Of a DNA stretch of 64,000 nt, positions 20,902-31,452 are shown in pieces. Numbering within the stretch: the stretch's first letter is position 1; every line of letters begins with the position of its first letter. This DNA is from Colwellia sp. GTDB lineage: Bacteria; Pseudomonadota; Gammaproteobacteria; Enterobacterales; Alteromonadaceae. The stretch covers positions 6,602 to 70,601 of the forward strand of contig JADGDH010000001.1 of assembly GCA_016745015.1 (NCBI GenBank), written 5' to 3'. The position numbers and the translations under genes were made by a program. The notes under the pieces were generated by a model. It was given only the letters and a program-made list of their open reading frames with translations, was not told where the DNA came from and made no database searches.

Positions 20902-23580
20902 TTAAAGGGTTCTTTTAATCTCTACTGTTTCGAAAACTTCGATCTGATCGCCTACGCGCACATCATTGTAGTTCTTCACACCAATACCACACTCTGTACC
21001 GTTACGAACTTCTTGTACATCGTCTTTAAAGCGACGTAGTGATTCAAGCTCACCTTCGTAAATAACAACATTTTCACGCAATACACGAATTGGAGCACTA
21101 CGTTTAATTGTACCTTCAGTAACCATACAACCAGCAATAGAGCCAATTTTTGGTGACTTAAATACATCACGTACTTGAGCAAGACCAATAATTTCTTGTT
21201 TAAATTCAGGAGCAAGCATACCGCTCATGGCTTGCTTAACTTCCTCAATTAATGCGTAAATAACACTATAATAGCGTAAATCAATATTTTCAGATTCAAT
21301 AACTTTGCGAGCAGATGCATCGGCTCGAACATTGAAACCAACCACAATGGCATTTGATGCTGCGGCTAAAGTGGCATCAGTTTCAGTTATAGCACCAACA
21401 CCTGACCCAATAATTTTCACCTTAACTTCATCAGTTGAAAGTTTAAGTAAAGAGTCAGAAATAGCCTCTAATGAACCTTGTACATCAGATTTAATTACCA
21501 CATTAACTTCAGAAATATCACCTTCTGCCATGCTGGCAAACATGTTTTCAAGTTTAGCTTTCTGTTGACGGGCTAACTTAACATCACGGAATTTACCTTG
21601 ACGGTATAATGCAACTTCACGTGCTTTTTTCTCATCTTTAACAACAGTTGCTTCATCACCTGATTGCGGAACACCACTTAAACCTAGTATTTCTACTGGA
21701 ATTGAAGGGCCTGCTGATTGAATAGCTTTACCATTTTCATCACGCATAGCACGTACACGACCATACTCTAAACCACAAAGAACAATATCACCTTGCTTCA
21801 AAGTACCTTCTTGAATAAGTACTGTTGCAACTGGACCTCGACCTTTATCAAGTTTCGATTCAACTACAACACCACTTGCCATTTTATCAACAATCGCAGT
21901 AAGTTCTAAAACTTCTGATTGTAATAAAATTGAATCAAGAAGTTCATCAATACCTAAACCAGTTTTTGCTGAAACATGACAGAATTGTACATCGCCACCC
22001 CACTCTTCAGAAAGAACGTCGTGTTGAGATAATTCGCTCTTAACTCTGTCTGGATCAGCACCTTCTTTATCCATTTTGTTAACGGCGATAATAATTGGTG
22101 CATCAGAGGCTTTCGCATGTTGAATTGCCTCTATTGTTTGTGGCATTACACCATCATCAGCTGCAACAACAATAATAACGATATCAGTCGCTTTTGCACC
22201 ACGAGAACGCATTGCAGTAAATGCAGCATGACCTGGAGTATCTAAGAATGTGATCATACCGTGACCTGTTTCTACATGATAAGCACCAATATGCTGAGTA
22301 ATACCACCAGCTTCACCGGCAGCTACTTTAGCTTCACGAATGTGATCAAGTAATGATGTTTTACCATGGTCAACATGGCCCATAATAGTGACTACTGGTG
22401 CACGAGTTATTGCATCACCTGCGCCTCCACGATCAGATAATACCGCTTCTTCAAGAGCATTTTCTTTAACTAACACCACTTCAAAGCCCATTTCTTCAGC
22501 AACTAAAGCAGCTGTTTCTTGGTCAATTACTTGGTTAATGGTTGCCATAGCACCCATTTTAAACATAGCTTTAACAACTTCTGCACCTTTCTTAGCCATT
22601 TTATTTGCTAATTCAGCAACAGAGATGGTTTCACCAATGCGAATATCTTGAACTTTTGTTTCAACAGGTTTAGTAAAACCATGTTTTAAACTTTGTGGTG
22701 CAGATAAAGTGGCTTTTCGACCTTTGCCAGAGCGAGCGCCACGAGCATTTCTGTCTTGCGGAGCTTTTTTCTTCTTACGACGACGACCAGCGCCTTCATC
22801 TGCAGCATCAACTTTATCTTCAGCTTCTTGCGCATAGACAGAAGACGTTACATGTACCACTTCTTTTTCTTTCGCTTTACGCTCTTCCTCTTGTTCTTTC
22901 CAGCGCGCTTCATTTTCTTCAGCTAATTTTCTAGCAGCTTCTGCGGCTTCTGCGGCTTCTGCTTCAATTTTTGCAGCAGCTTCTTTTTCCTGTGCTAAAC
23001 GAAGTTTTTTCGCTTCTTCACTTTCTTCAGCTTTAGCTACTGGTGCTTTATCAGCATTTTTCGCTTTTTCAGCAGCTGCTTGCTTAGCTTTCTCTGCTGC
23101 TTCAATTTTTGCGGCTGCTTTACGTTCAGCTTCGGCCTCTGCTTTTACTACCGCAACTGCGCGAGCATTCTCAGCTTCTTTTGCTGCTAACTCGGCTTTT
23201 GCTGCTGCTTCTATTTCAGCCTTTTGTGCAGCTTCTGCTTCCGCTTGTGCCGCAGCTTCTGCTATTTGCTGATCTTCTACTTCACTACGTTTAACATAAG
23301 TGCGTTTTTTACGAACCTCTACATTAACCGATTTAGCTTTACTACCGTGTCCCATCGTCAAGGTTGATTTGGTTTTACGGTTTAGCGTTAACTTATTTGG
23401 TTTTGCTTCTGAATCATCACCATGTTGTTTTTTTAAGTAACCCAACAAAGCTTCTTTTTCATCTTGCGAAATAACATCGGTTACCGATTTTGTTACGCCT
23501 GAGTCAGCCAACTGGCTTACTAAACGCTCCACCGGTGTACCAATTTCTTTGGCAAGTTCTGCTACAGTTATATCTGCCAT
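20902..23580 (-). CDS. infB: Translation initiation factor IF-2
   Basis: [24 protein letters not shown]; Ala/Glu/Lys-rich N-domain. Confidence 0.99.
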   Translation of the reverse strand: MADITVAELAKEIGTPVERLVSQLADSGVTKSVTDVISQDEKEALLGYLKKQHGDDSEAKPNKLTLNRKTKSTLTMGHGSKAKSVNVEVRKKRTYVKRSEVEDQQIAEAAAQAEAEAAQKAEIEAAAKAELAAKEAENARAVAVVKAEAEAERKAAAKIEAAEKAKQAAAEKAKNADKAPVAKAEESEEAKKLRLAQEKEAAAKIEAEAAEAAEAARKLAEENEARWKEQEEERKAKEKEVVHVTSSVYAQEAEDKVDAADEGAGRRRKKKKAPQDRNARGARSGKGRKATLSAPQSLKHGFTKPVETKVQDIRIGETISVAELANKMAKKGAEVVKAMFKMGAMATINQVIDQETAALVAEEMGFEVVLVKENALEEAVLSDRGGAGDAITRAPVVTIMGHVDHGKTSLLDHIREAKVAAGEAGGITQHIGAYHVETGHGMITFLDTPGHAAFTAMRSRGAKATDIVIIVVAADDGVMPQTIEAIQHAKASDAPIIIAVNKMDKEGADPDRVKSELSQHDVLSEEWGGDVQFCHVSAKTGLGIDELLDSILLQSEVLELTAIVDKMASGVVVESKLDKGRGPVATVLIQEGTLKQGDIVLCGLEYGRVRAMRDENGKAIQSAGPSIPVEILGLSGVPQSGDEATVVKDEKKAREVALYRQGKFRDVKLARQQKAKLENMFASMAEGDISEVNVVIKSDVQGSLEAISDSLLKLSTDEVKVKIIGSGVGAITETDATLAAASNAIVVGFNVRADASARKVIESENIDLRYYSVIYALIEEVKQAMSGMLAPEFKQEIIGLAQVRDVFKSPKIGSIAGCMVTEGTIKRSAPIRVLRENVVIYEGELESLRRFKDDVQEVRNGTECGIGVKNYNDVRVGDQIEVFETVEIKRTL

Positions 23581-23603
23581 TTACACTATTCTCCCGGTGT
23601 TAT

Positions 23604-25100
23604 TTATTCTTCGTTAAACCAACAAATATTACGTGCTGCCATTATTAGCTCACCCGCTTTGGTTTCAGTTAATTCTTCAATATCACTAATTTCATCAATA
23701 CCTTGTTCTGCTAGCTCTTCCAGTGTACGTATACCTCGACTTGCTAGAACAAATGCTAAATGACGCTCTAAGCCATCAAGTGCTAATAGGTCTTCAGCTG
23801 GCTCTGCACCTTCTAAAGTTTCTTCACTTGCTAAGGCTTGTGTCGTTAATGCTTCTTTAGCACGGTCACGAAGCTCTTCGACAATTTCTTCAGTTAAACC
23901 ATCTATTTCTAACATTTCAGCTACGGGTACATAAGCAATTTCTTCTAATGAAGTAAAACCTTCATCTGACAGTAAGGTAGCAAAATCTTCATCAAGATCT
24001 AATTTATCAATAAATAGGTTTAGTACTTTATCATTTTCTGCCTGATGCTTTTCTTTCATGTCTTCAACAGTCATTACGTTTAATTCCCAACCAGTTAATT
24101 GGCTTGCTAAACGAATGTTTTGACCACTGCGACCAATGGCCATAGCGAGATTGCTTTCTTCAACAGCAATATCCATAGTACCTTTGTCTTCATCAACTAT
24201 AATTGATGCAACTTCAGCAGGTGCCATGGCATTAATAACGTATTGCGCTACATTGTCGTCATACAATACAATATCAACACGCTCGCCACCTAACTCACCT
24301 GATACGGCTTGTACACGCGAACCACGCATACCAACACAAGCACCAACAGGGTCAATACGCTTGTCATTACTTTTTACGGCAATTTTAGCGCGTGATCCAG
24401 GATCACGAGCGGCACCCTTAATTTCAAGCATTTCTTCGCCAATTTCGGGTACTTCAACACGGAAAAGTTCAATTAACATTTCTGGTTTAGTACGGCTAAC
24501 AAATAATTGTGCACCGCGCGCTTCTGGTTTTATTTCATATAGCAAACCGCGAACCCTATCACCTGGACGAAAACTTTCGCGTGGTAACATATCGTCGCGG
24601 TAAATAATCGCTTCTGCATTGTTACCTAAATCTAAGATAACACTTTCGCGACTAGACTTTTTAACGACACCTGTTACTAGCTCGCCTACTTGCTCTTGGT
24701 AAGCATCAACAACTAAAGCACGCTCTGCTTCGCGAATTTTTTGAACAATAACTTGTTTAGCTGTTTGTGTAGTAACACGGTCAAATTTAACAGATTCAAT
24801 TTGATCTTCTGCATAATCACCTACATTTAACTCAGGATCATCATACTGAGCCGCAGCTAATCCTATTTCTGCATAGGGGTTTTCCATTGGTATATCGCTG
24901 TCTTCAACAATTAGCCAACGACGGAATGTATCAAACTCTCCAGATACACGGTCAATACTTACACGTACGGCAATATCACCTTCATATTTTTTTTTGGTTG
25001 CTGTTTCTAAAGCTGTTTCCATTGCTTCAAAAATGCTTTCTCTAGGTAATGCTTTTTCATTTGATACTGCATCAACAACCAGTAATATCTCTTTACTCAT
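23604..25100 (-). CDS. nusA: Transcription termination/antitermination factor NusA
   Basis: S1 and KH domains, [25 protein letters not shown]. Confidence 0.99.
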   Translation of the reverse strand: MSKEILLVVDAVSNEKALPRESIFEAMETALETATKKKYEGDIAVRVSIDRVSGEFDTFRRWLIVEDSDIPMENPYAEIGLAAAQYDDPELNVGDYAEDQIESVKFDRVTTQTAKQVIVQKIREAERALVVDAYQEQVGELVTGVVKKSSRESVILDLGNNAEAIIYRDDMLPRESFRPGDRVRGLLYEIKPEARGAQLFVSRTKPEMLIELFRVEVPEIGEEMLEIKGAARDPGSRAKIAVKSNDKRIDPVGACVGMRGSRVQAVSGELGGERVDIVLYDDNVAQYVINAMAPAEVASIIVDEDKGTMDIAVEESNLAMAIGRSGQNIRLASQLTGWELNVMTVEDMKEKHQAENDKVLNLFIDKLDLDEDFATLLSDEGFTSLEEIAYVPVAEMLEIDGLTEEIVEELRDRAKEALTTQALASEETLEGAEPAEDLLALDGLERHLAFVLASRGIRTLEELAEQGIDEISDIEELTETKAGELIMAARNICWFNEE

Positions 25101-25177
25101 GCTTTTTAGCCCTAATAATTAATTTAATCTCTTAAAACTCAACTGTTTCTATCTTTTCCATTTAAACCTAACTGTTT

Positions 25178-25633
25178 CTATAATCGTGCGACAAGGTTTG
25201 CTTTGTCGACATTATTTATAACAAGTTCATAATCTATGCCATCAACTTCTACTATTAATGTGTCACTTTCTATGGCTGTTAAAGTGCCTTTAAATTTTCG
25301 ACGACCATTTAATGGCATCAATAATTTAATATTTACAGTTTCACCAATCACTGATTTAAAATGCGCCATTTCAAATAATGGTTTATCTACGCCTGGTGAT
25401 GAAACTTCTAAGTTGTACTCACTACTTATAGGATCTTCCACGTCTAAAATAGCACCCACCTGACGACTCACTTCTGCGCAGTCATCAACATTGATGCCAT
25501 TCTCATGATCAATAAACAAACGTAAAACTGAATTATTACCTGCACTGATATATTCAACGCCAAGTAAACTTTTACCTGTTTCCTCCACTGCGGGACGAAG
25601 CATGTCAGTTAGTTTTTGTTCAAATTTAGCCAA
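25178..25633 (-). CDS. rimP: Ribosome maturation factor RimP
   Basis: LRLFIDHENGINVDDCAEVSRQV...YNLEVSSPG; TTG start. Confidence 0.97.
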   Translation of the reverse strand: MAKFEQKLTDMLRPAVEETGKSLLGVEYISAGNNSVLRLFIDHENGINVDDCAEVSRQVGAILDVEDPISSEYNLEVSSPGVDKPLFEMAHFKSVIGETVNIKLLMPLNGRRKFKGTLTAIESDTLIVEVDGIDYELVINNVDKANLVARL

Positions 25634-25684
25634 TCGTTTTCTCCTGCTTTATTTAAAATCATTTAAATAAAAAATTTAAGATAC

Positions 25685-25706
25685 AAAAAAAGGGCACATA
25701 GCCCAG
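25685..25706 (-). terminator. rimP-leader terminator hairpin (proximal)
   Basis: Minus strand CTGGGC-TATGT-GCCC-TTTTTTT, resembling the conserved gammaproteobacterial rimP leader motif. Confidence 0.7.
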
Positions 25707-25779
25707 CATATTTTTTGCTGTGTTTTTTTGTTTTTAACACTCGTTAATTCCAAGAATAAAAAAGTTAAGCATTAAAAAC

Positions 25780-25815
25780 AAAAAAACCCCATAACAGGGG
25801 TCTATCACTGACCCC
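25780..25815 (-). terminator. Distal leader terminator overlapping an alternative (antiterminator) stem
   Basis: Minus strand GGGGTC-AGTGATA-GACCCC-TGTTAT-GGGG-TTTTTTT. Confidence 0.6.
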
Positions 25816-25956
25816 ATATTTTTTATTTTAACAAATTAGTTAATACAAAAAACATCAATAACAAGAATAGGAATTAGCCCAATAAATAGATAAATTCTTC
25901 AGTGACATCTTGTTACCTGCTTAACTTGTTTTTAAGTAGTAAATTAAGCAGGTCAG

Positions 25957-25985
25957 ATTATATAAGGGCGAGAGCATAAGCGCAA
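25957..25985 (-). promoter_or_regulatory. sigma70 promoter of the rimP-nusA-infB operon
   Basis: TTGCGC-17 nt-TATAAT. Confidence 0.7.
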
Positions 25986-26116
25986 GCGTGATTGACAACT
26001 TTAATTAAAAATCAACCGAAATTAGCAGAAAAAATTAACATATGCTTTACAATAAGTTAGTATAAGTTAAACAATGGTGCGATAACACTTTTATTTGTGG
26101 AGTATTTTAACTCGAT

Positions 26117-28021
26117 ATGTATACATTTTCTCAATTATTATTAAGAAACATTATTTTGGCACTGATTTTTATTCTATCTATCAGTATTGTCTCTATCACT
26201 ATGTTGTCTTCATTACTTGAAAGTAAGGCCAACCAGCATACTCAGACAATTAAGTTGTTCTCTCAACAATTTAATATTAGTGAAGATGAACTACAAAATG
26301 CGAATAATGTTGCCAAAAACCTTCAACAACTTTCAAACTATAAGCGTTTAACAGTTTATAACCTTGCAGGTAAGAATTTATTTAGTTTTGAAAATAAAAA
26401 CACTGGGTTCAGCATTCCTTTTATCGAACCTGAAGTTAAAAAGTTGAATATAAACAGTCTTGCACTAAAGATTGAATATCAGCTGAACTTTAACGGTGAG
26501 TCCGCCTTGGTAATAACTTTTATCCTACTTTCAGTTGTTTTATCACTATTTTTAGTTGTTTTTGCTGCAGTCATGAGTACCAAACGACATAAAGCGGTAT
26601 TTAATATAGTCAGCCAACAAATTAAGCGTGATCTTACTTTAATTGATCAAACCGATACAAAAAATTTAACTAGTAACAAGAAAGTATTAGAAATCCCAGA
26701 ATTAAAACAGGGTATTGCAGATATAAAAGCCTTGATGGTACAACAATTAGAAAACACTCTTGATTTAGAGCAAGAGGCGTATATTGATCATTTAACAAAG
26801 CTTGACAATCGAGGGCGTTTTGTACAATTTTATGAGAACAAGGTAATACAAGAAAGTCCTTTTAAATTTGGCGTATTAATAATAACACGTTGTTCTGAAT
26901 TACAAACAATTAACCAAATACATGGATACAGAGAAGGCGACAACTATATTTCTCATGTAGCCAACCTTATTAAACAAGCTATTTTAGCTTACCCTGATGG
27001 TAATTTATTTAGGCTAAACAGTTCTGACTTTGCCTGCATTTTACCGAATGTCACACTAAAAGAAGCTGAAAATCTTACCAAAGAACTAACAATATTATTT
27101 AATGAATACCAACAAGCATCAGATTTAGATTCTGTTGCCTATTCAGGCTTAGTTTCATTTGATAAATCTAAACCTTTAGGTGAGTTACTTGCCTTAGCTG
27201 ATACTGGCGTTAGCATTGCACAAACTCAGCCGTCTAACTCTTGGTATTCACAAATAGATACTGACATTTTACAAAAAAGTAGTGTTAATTATGGCAATCA
27301 GAATTGGCGACAAGAAATTGATAGTGTATTAGAAAATCAACGTATCACATTATTAATGCAACCTATTCAACCTACTGGACGCAATAATAAAGTCTATGGT
27401 GAGGTATTAGCACGTTTTCTTAATTCAAATGACGATATGCTGCCAACAGCCTCTTTTATTGCTATGGCAGAAAAACTCGACAAAATAATCTCTGTCGATA
27501 AACTTATTATTGAAACTGCAATTAAGGAAATTATTAATAAAAATATGCTTGACCATAGTTTTGGTATAAACCTCAGTCCAAGAAGTATAAGTGACGAACA
27601 TTTTATGATTTGGTTAGAGCGTAAATTATTACGCGAGCCTAAGGTTGCTACACGATTAATTTTTGAAGTAACAGAATATGGTTTACAACAAAATATAAAA
27701 ACCAGTAAGCGTTTAATTGACATGCTTCATCGTGTTGGTTCTAGAATAACTGTTGAACGTTTTGGCGTTGGTTTAACTTCATTTAAATTCTTTAGAGATT
27801 TATCTCCTGACTATATCAAAATGGATAGCTCTTATACCCGTGATATTGATGATGATAAGAACAATCAATACTTCTTACGTTTAATGGTAGATTTAGCTCA
27901 CAGGTTAAGTATCAATGTATTAGCTGAAAGCGTTGAAAGCCAAGAAGAAAAACACACATTGGAAAAATTATTTATTGATGGCTGCCAGGGCTTTTATATA
28001 GGAAAACCTGAACCGTTATAA
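26117..28021 (+). CDS. Two-TM GGDEF-EAL protein with degenerate motifs (LapD/CsrD-like)
   Basis: Two TM segments; DHLTKLDNR; GGDEF position reads NSSDF; EAL reads EVL; DDFG loop reads ERFG; KMD, AESVE and QG retained. Confidence 0.8.
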   Translation: MYTFSQLLLRNIILALIFILSISIVSITMLSSLLESKANQHTQTIKLFSQQFNISEDELQNANNVAKNLQQLSNYKRLTVYNLAGKNLFSFENKNTGFSIPFIEPEVKKLNINSLALKIEYQLNFNGESALVITFILLSVVLSLFLVVFAAVMSTKRHKAVFNIVSQQIKRDLTLIDQTDTKNLTSNKKVLEIPELKQGIADIKALMVQQLENTLDLEQEAYIDHLTKLDNRGRFVQFYENKVIQESPFKFGVLIITRCSELQTINQIHGYREGDNYISHVANLIKQAILAYPDGNLFRLNSSDFACILPNVTLKEAENLTKELTILFNEYQQASDLDSVAYSGLVSFDKSKPLGELLALADTGVSIAQTQPSNSWYSQIDTDILQKSSVNYGNQNWRQEIDSVLENQRITLLMQPIQPTGRNNKVYGEVLARFLNSNDDMLPTASFIAMAEKLDKIISVDKLIIETAIKEIINKNMLDHSFGINLSPRSISDEHFMIWLERKLLREPKVATRLIFEVTEYGLQQNIKTSKRLIDMLHRVGSRITVERFGVGLTSFKFFRDLSPDYIKMDSSYTRDIDDDKNNQYFLRLMVDLAHRLSINVLAESVESQEEKHTLEKLFIDGCQGFYIGKPEPL

Positions 28022-28050
28022 ATCCGAAGCGTTACTTCATCTTATTTTAG

Positions 28051-28082
28051 AAGCCAAATAAAAGTTTATATTTGGCTTTTTT
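28051..28082 (+). terminator. Intrinsic terminator after the GGDEF-EAL gene
   Basis: AAGCCAAATA...TATTTGGCTT followed by a T run. Confidence 0.7.
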
Positions 28083-28208
28083 ATTGATGTAAATACATTA
28101 ATAGGATGACAGGAGATATCCCTATTTATAGTAGTGTTGTTATATGCTTTAAAACAAAGGATAATGTAAGTAATATTATAAAAATCAACTTCCTGATATC
28201 AAACGTAA

Positions 28209-28790
28209 ATGACCGATTATATTCTGCTACTTATTGGCACAGTACTAGTAAATAACTTTGTATTGGTGCAATTCCTAGGCTTATGCCCTTTTATGGGCGT
28301 ATCATCTCGCACTGAAACGGCTATTGGCATGTCGTTTGCCACAACTTTTGTAATGACATTAGCATCACTACTTAGTTATTTAGTAACCACTTATATTTTA
28401 ACGCCTCTAAATATTGAATACTTAACCACCATGAGTTTTATTCTGGTGATTGCTGTAGTAGTGCAATTTACCGAAATGGTAGTGCATAAAACCAGTACTA
28501 GCCTTTATCGTTTATTAGGCATTTTTTTACCGTTAATCACTACTAACTGCGCTGTATTGGGTGTTGCCTTATTAAATCTAAGACTAGAACATAATTTCTT
28601 TGAATCAATCGTTTATGGCTTTGGTGCAGCAGCAGGTTTTTCTTTAGTTTTAGTGATGTTTTCTGCTATGAGAGAAAAGCTCACCAATGCTGATGTACCT
28701 GCACCTTTTAAAGGTGCAGCAATTGCAATGATCACCGCTGGCCTTATGTCATTAGCTTTCATGGGCTTTTCTGGCCTAGTTAAAATGTAA
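28209..28790 (+). CDS. rsxA: Rnf/Rsx electron transport subunit A
   Basis: [16 protein letters not shown]; [12 protein letters not shown]. Confidence 0.97.
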   Translation: MTDYILLLIGTVLVNNFVLVQFLGLCPFMGVSSRTETAIGMSFATTFVMTLASLLSYLVTTYILTPLNIEYLTTMSFILVIAVVVQFTEMVVHKTSTSLYRLLGIFLPLITTNCAVLGVALLNLRLEHNFFESIVYGFGAAAGFSLVLVMFSAMREKLTNADVPAPFKGAAIAMITAGLMSLAFMGFSGLVKM

Positions 28791-28804
28791 GGCAAAAAAT
28801 AATC

Positions 28805-29359
28805 ATGAATCTTTTAATTGCCATACTCGTTTTAGGACTTATTTCCGCATTTTTTGGTGCTATTCTTGGCTATGCATCAATACGCTTTCATGTTGAGAGT
28901 GATCCTATCGTTGAACAAATTGATGCCTTACTGCCACAAACACAATGTGGTCAATGTGGCTATCCTGGTTGCAAACCTTATGCTGAAGCGATTACTAATG
29001 GAGAAGTCATAAATAAATGCGCGCCTGGCGGTGAAGATACAATTAAAAAAATTGCCGACTTACTTGGTGTTGATGTCGAGCCTTTAGATGAAAACCACGA
29101 ACTAGACAAGAAACCTACCGTTGCTTTTATTATTGAAGAAGATTGCATTGGTTGCACCAAGTGTATTCAGGCTTGTCCTGTCGATGCAATTTTAGGTGCC
29201 GCGAAGCAAATGCACACCATAATTATTGATGAATGTACTGGCTGTGATTTATGTGTTGCCCCTTGTCCTGTTGATTGTATTGAAATGCGCCCAATTCCTG
29301 AAACTATTCAAAATTGGCAATGGGACTTAAATAAAATTGCTGTGAAACAGTTAGATTAG
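28805..29359 (+). CDS. rsxB: Rnf/Rsx subunit B
   Basis: [14 protein letters not shown]; [12 protein letters not shown]; [12 protein letters not shown]. Confidence 0.97.
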   Translation: MNLLIAILVLGLISAFFGAILGYASIRFHVESDPIVEQIDALLPQTQCGQCGYPGCKPYAEAITNGEVINKCAPGGEDTIKKIADLLGVDVEPLDENHELDKKPTVAFIIEEDCIGCTKCIQACPVDAILGAAKQMHTIIIDECTGCDLCVAPCPVDCIEMRPIPETIQNWQWDLNKIAVKQLD

Positions 29360-29374
29360 GAGAGAAAAAATACT

Positions 29375-31450
29375 GTGGAATCTATAATCGAGCGCATTAA
29401 TCAGCATAAATTTTGGCAGTTTCATGGCGGCATTCATCCGCCTGAACAAAAATCACTAACGTCTGATAAGCCAATTAAACAACTTCCATTACCAAAACAA
29501 TTAATCCTACCCTTGCAGCAGCATATTGGTCGCCAAGGTGATTTATTGGTAAAGGTTGGCGACAAAGTATTAAAAGGCCAACCATTAACTCAAAGCACAA
29601 ATACTATGGCCGTGCCTATACACGCACCAACAAGCGGTGTTATCAGTGCTATTAAAAAATCAGTCATAGCACACCCATCGGGTTTAAGTGAACTTTGTAT
29701 ATTTATTGATGTAGATTTTGAAGACACATGGAAACCACGAAAAATTTGCCAAAATTTCACCCAACTTAGTCATCAAGAAATCATTAAAAAAATTGCTGAT
29801 TCCGGTATTGCAGGCATGGGCGGCGCAGGGTTCCCTACACACATTAAAGTGAACATTAAACTCGATATTAATTTTTTAATAATTAATGCAGCTGAGTGTG
29901 AGCCTTATATTACTGCCGATGATTTATTAATGTGTGAACAAAGCGAAGCAATTGTAGATGGTATAAAAATACTTGATCAGTTGCTTAACCCTGCTTTCAT
30001 TTTAATTGGTATTGAAGACAACAAACCGAGAGCAATCAAAGCGTTACAACACGCAACCAAAGATATTGAAAAAATAAAAGTTTGTATGCTACCTACAAAA
30101 TATCCAACTGGCGGTGAAAAACAATTAATTAAAATACTAACAGGCAAAGAAGTTAAAAGCGGCGCCCTCCCTATTCATTCAGGTATTATTGTACAAAATG
30201 TTGCTACTTGTTTTGCTATTAGTGATGCAGTCATTAATGATATTCCACTTATTAGGCGTGTTGTTACGCTAACAGGGAGAGCCTTAAATAAGCCACAAAA
30301 TGTTTGGGCATTATTAGGGACTCCTGTTAGTTACTTACTTAAACAAACTGGCTTTAGTTCTGAAATAGAGACTCAAATCTCTACTCCTCTCGTATCTAAT
30401 CCCTCTATTGCCTCTCCCCCCCCAGTAATTATGGGCGGGCCATTAATGGGTTTTAGCATTTTAAACGAGTTAGTACCCATTATTAAAACCAGTAACTGCA
30501 TTTTAGCACCAAATAAAACAGAAATGCCTAGTGCCTTTGATGGCAACTCTAAAGAAGTAGAATGTATTCGCTGTGGCCAATGTGCAGATGTTTGTCCAAG
30601 CCAACTATTACCGCAAGAGCTACAATGGAGCGCAAAAGCAAAAGATCACCAACAATTAACTAAACTAAACTTATTTGATTGTATAGACTGCGGTGCATGT
30701 GCATATGTTTGCCCTAGTCAAATTCCATTAGTAGAATATTATCGCATTGCCAAAGCAGAAATTCGTCAGCAGCAGCAACTCGATATAAAGTCAGAGAAAG
30801 CAAAAGAACGCTTTGAAGCGAGAAAATTTCGTTTAGAAAAAGAAAAAATTGTTCGCGAAGAAAAGCATAAAAAAGCAGCGGCGGCGCGTAAAGCGGCAAT
30901 GAGCAAAAAATCTGCCGACGGCAGCACTGCCAGTTCAGCGGTTGCGGCTGCATTGGCTAGGGTAAAAGCCAAAAAGAAAATAAATGCAAAAAACACTAAT
31001 GAAGAAATAAAAAACGGTAATAATTTACAAGTTGCGAGTAACGAAGAATCTGATGAAAAATCAGAAGTAAAAGCAGCTATTGCTAGAGCGAAAGCAAAAA
31101 GGCTTGCTAAAAACAATGAAATAAGCGAGAAAACAGCTACGAATACCGAAGAAAAGAAGCAAACGAATAGTATTGATGATAAAAAATATAGAATAGCTTT
31201 AGCCGTCGCAAAAGCTAAGGCTAAAGTACAAAAAGAAAATAAAGAACCATTACCTGCTTCAAGTGACGAAAACACTGCAATAGCCACAACCGAAACAGAT
31301 GATAAAAAAGCTAGAATTGCTGCTGCCGTAGCCAAAGCTAAAGCCAAGGCAAAAGCAAAAAAAGAACAAGAAATGCAAGAAGACCTTTTAACTGTCTCCA
31401 GTAACAAAGAGAACCTCCCCCTTAAATCTAGCAATGAAGAATCAGAGTAA
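29375..31450 (+). CDS. rsxC: Rnf/Rsx subunit C with Lys/Ala-rich C-terminal repeats
   Basis: GIAGMGGAGFP, NAAECEPY, CIRCGQC..CP, CIDCGAC..CP. Confidence 0.97.
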   Translation: MESIIERINQHKFWQFHGGIHPPEQKSLTSDKPIKQLPLPKQLILPLQQHIGRQGDLLVKVGDKVLKGQPLTQSTNTMAVPIHAPTSGVISAIKKSVIAHPSGLSELCIFIDVDFEDTWKPRKICQNFTQLSHQEIIKKIADSGIAGMGGAGFPTHIKVNIKLDINFLIINAAECEPYITADDLLMCEQSEAIVDGIKILDQLLNPAFILIGIEDNKPRAIKALQHATKDIEKIKVCMLPTKYPTGGEKQLIKILTGKEVKSGALPIHSGIIVQNVATCFAISDAVINDIPLIRRVVTLTGRALNKPQNVWALLGTPVSYLLKQTGFSSEIETQISTPLVSNPSIASPPPVIMGGPLMGFSILNELVPIIKTSNCILAPNKTEMPSAFDGNSKEVECIRCGQCADVCPSQLLPQELQWSAKAKDHQQLTKLNLFDCIDCGACAYVCPSQIPLVEYYRIAKAEIRQQQQLDIKSEKAKERFEARKFRLEKEKIVREEKHKKAAAARKAAMSKKSADGSTASSAVAAALARVKAKKKINAKNTNEEIKNGNNLQVASNEESDEKSEVKAAIARAKAKRLAKNNEISEKTATNTEEKKQTNSIDDKKYRIALAVAKAKAKVQKENKEPLPASSDENTAIATTETDDKKARIAAAVAKAKAKAKAKKEQEMQEDLLTVSSNKENLPLKSSNEESE

Positions 31451-31452
31451 TC

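Noticed and set aside
30766-31434. 222-aa antisense ORF opposite the rsxC tail
   Set aside because: Shadow ORF: the GCT/GCA/AAA codon bias of the Ala/Lys repeats removes stops on the opposite strand. No RBS, and it reads as complementary low-complexity sequence.
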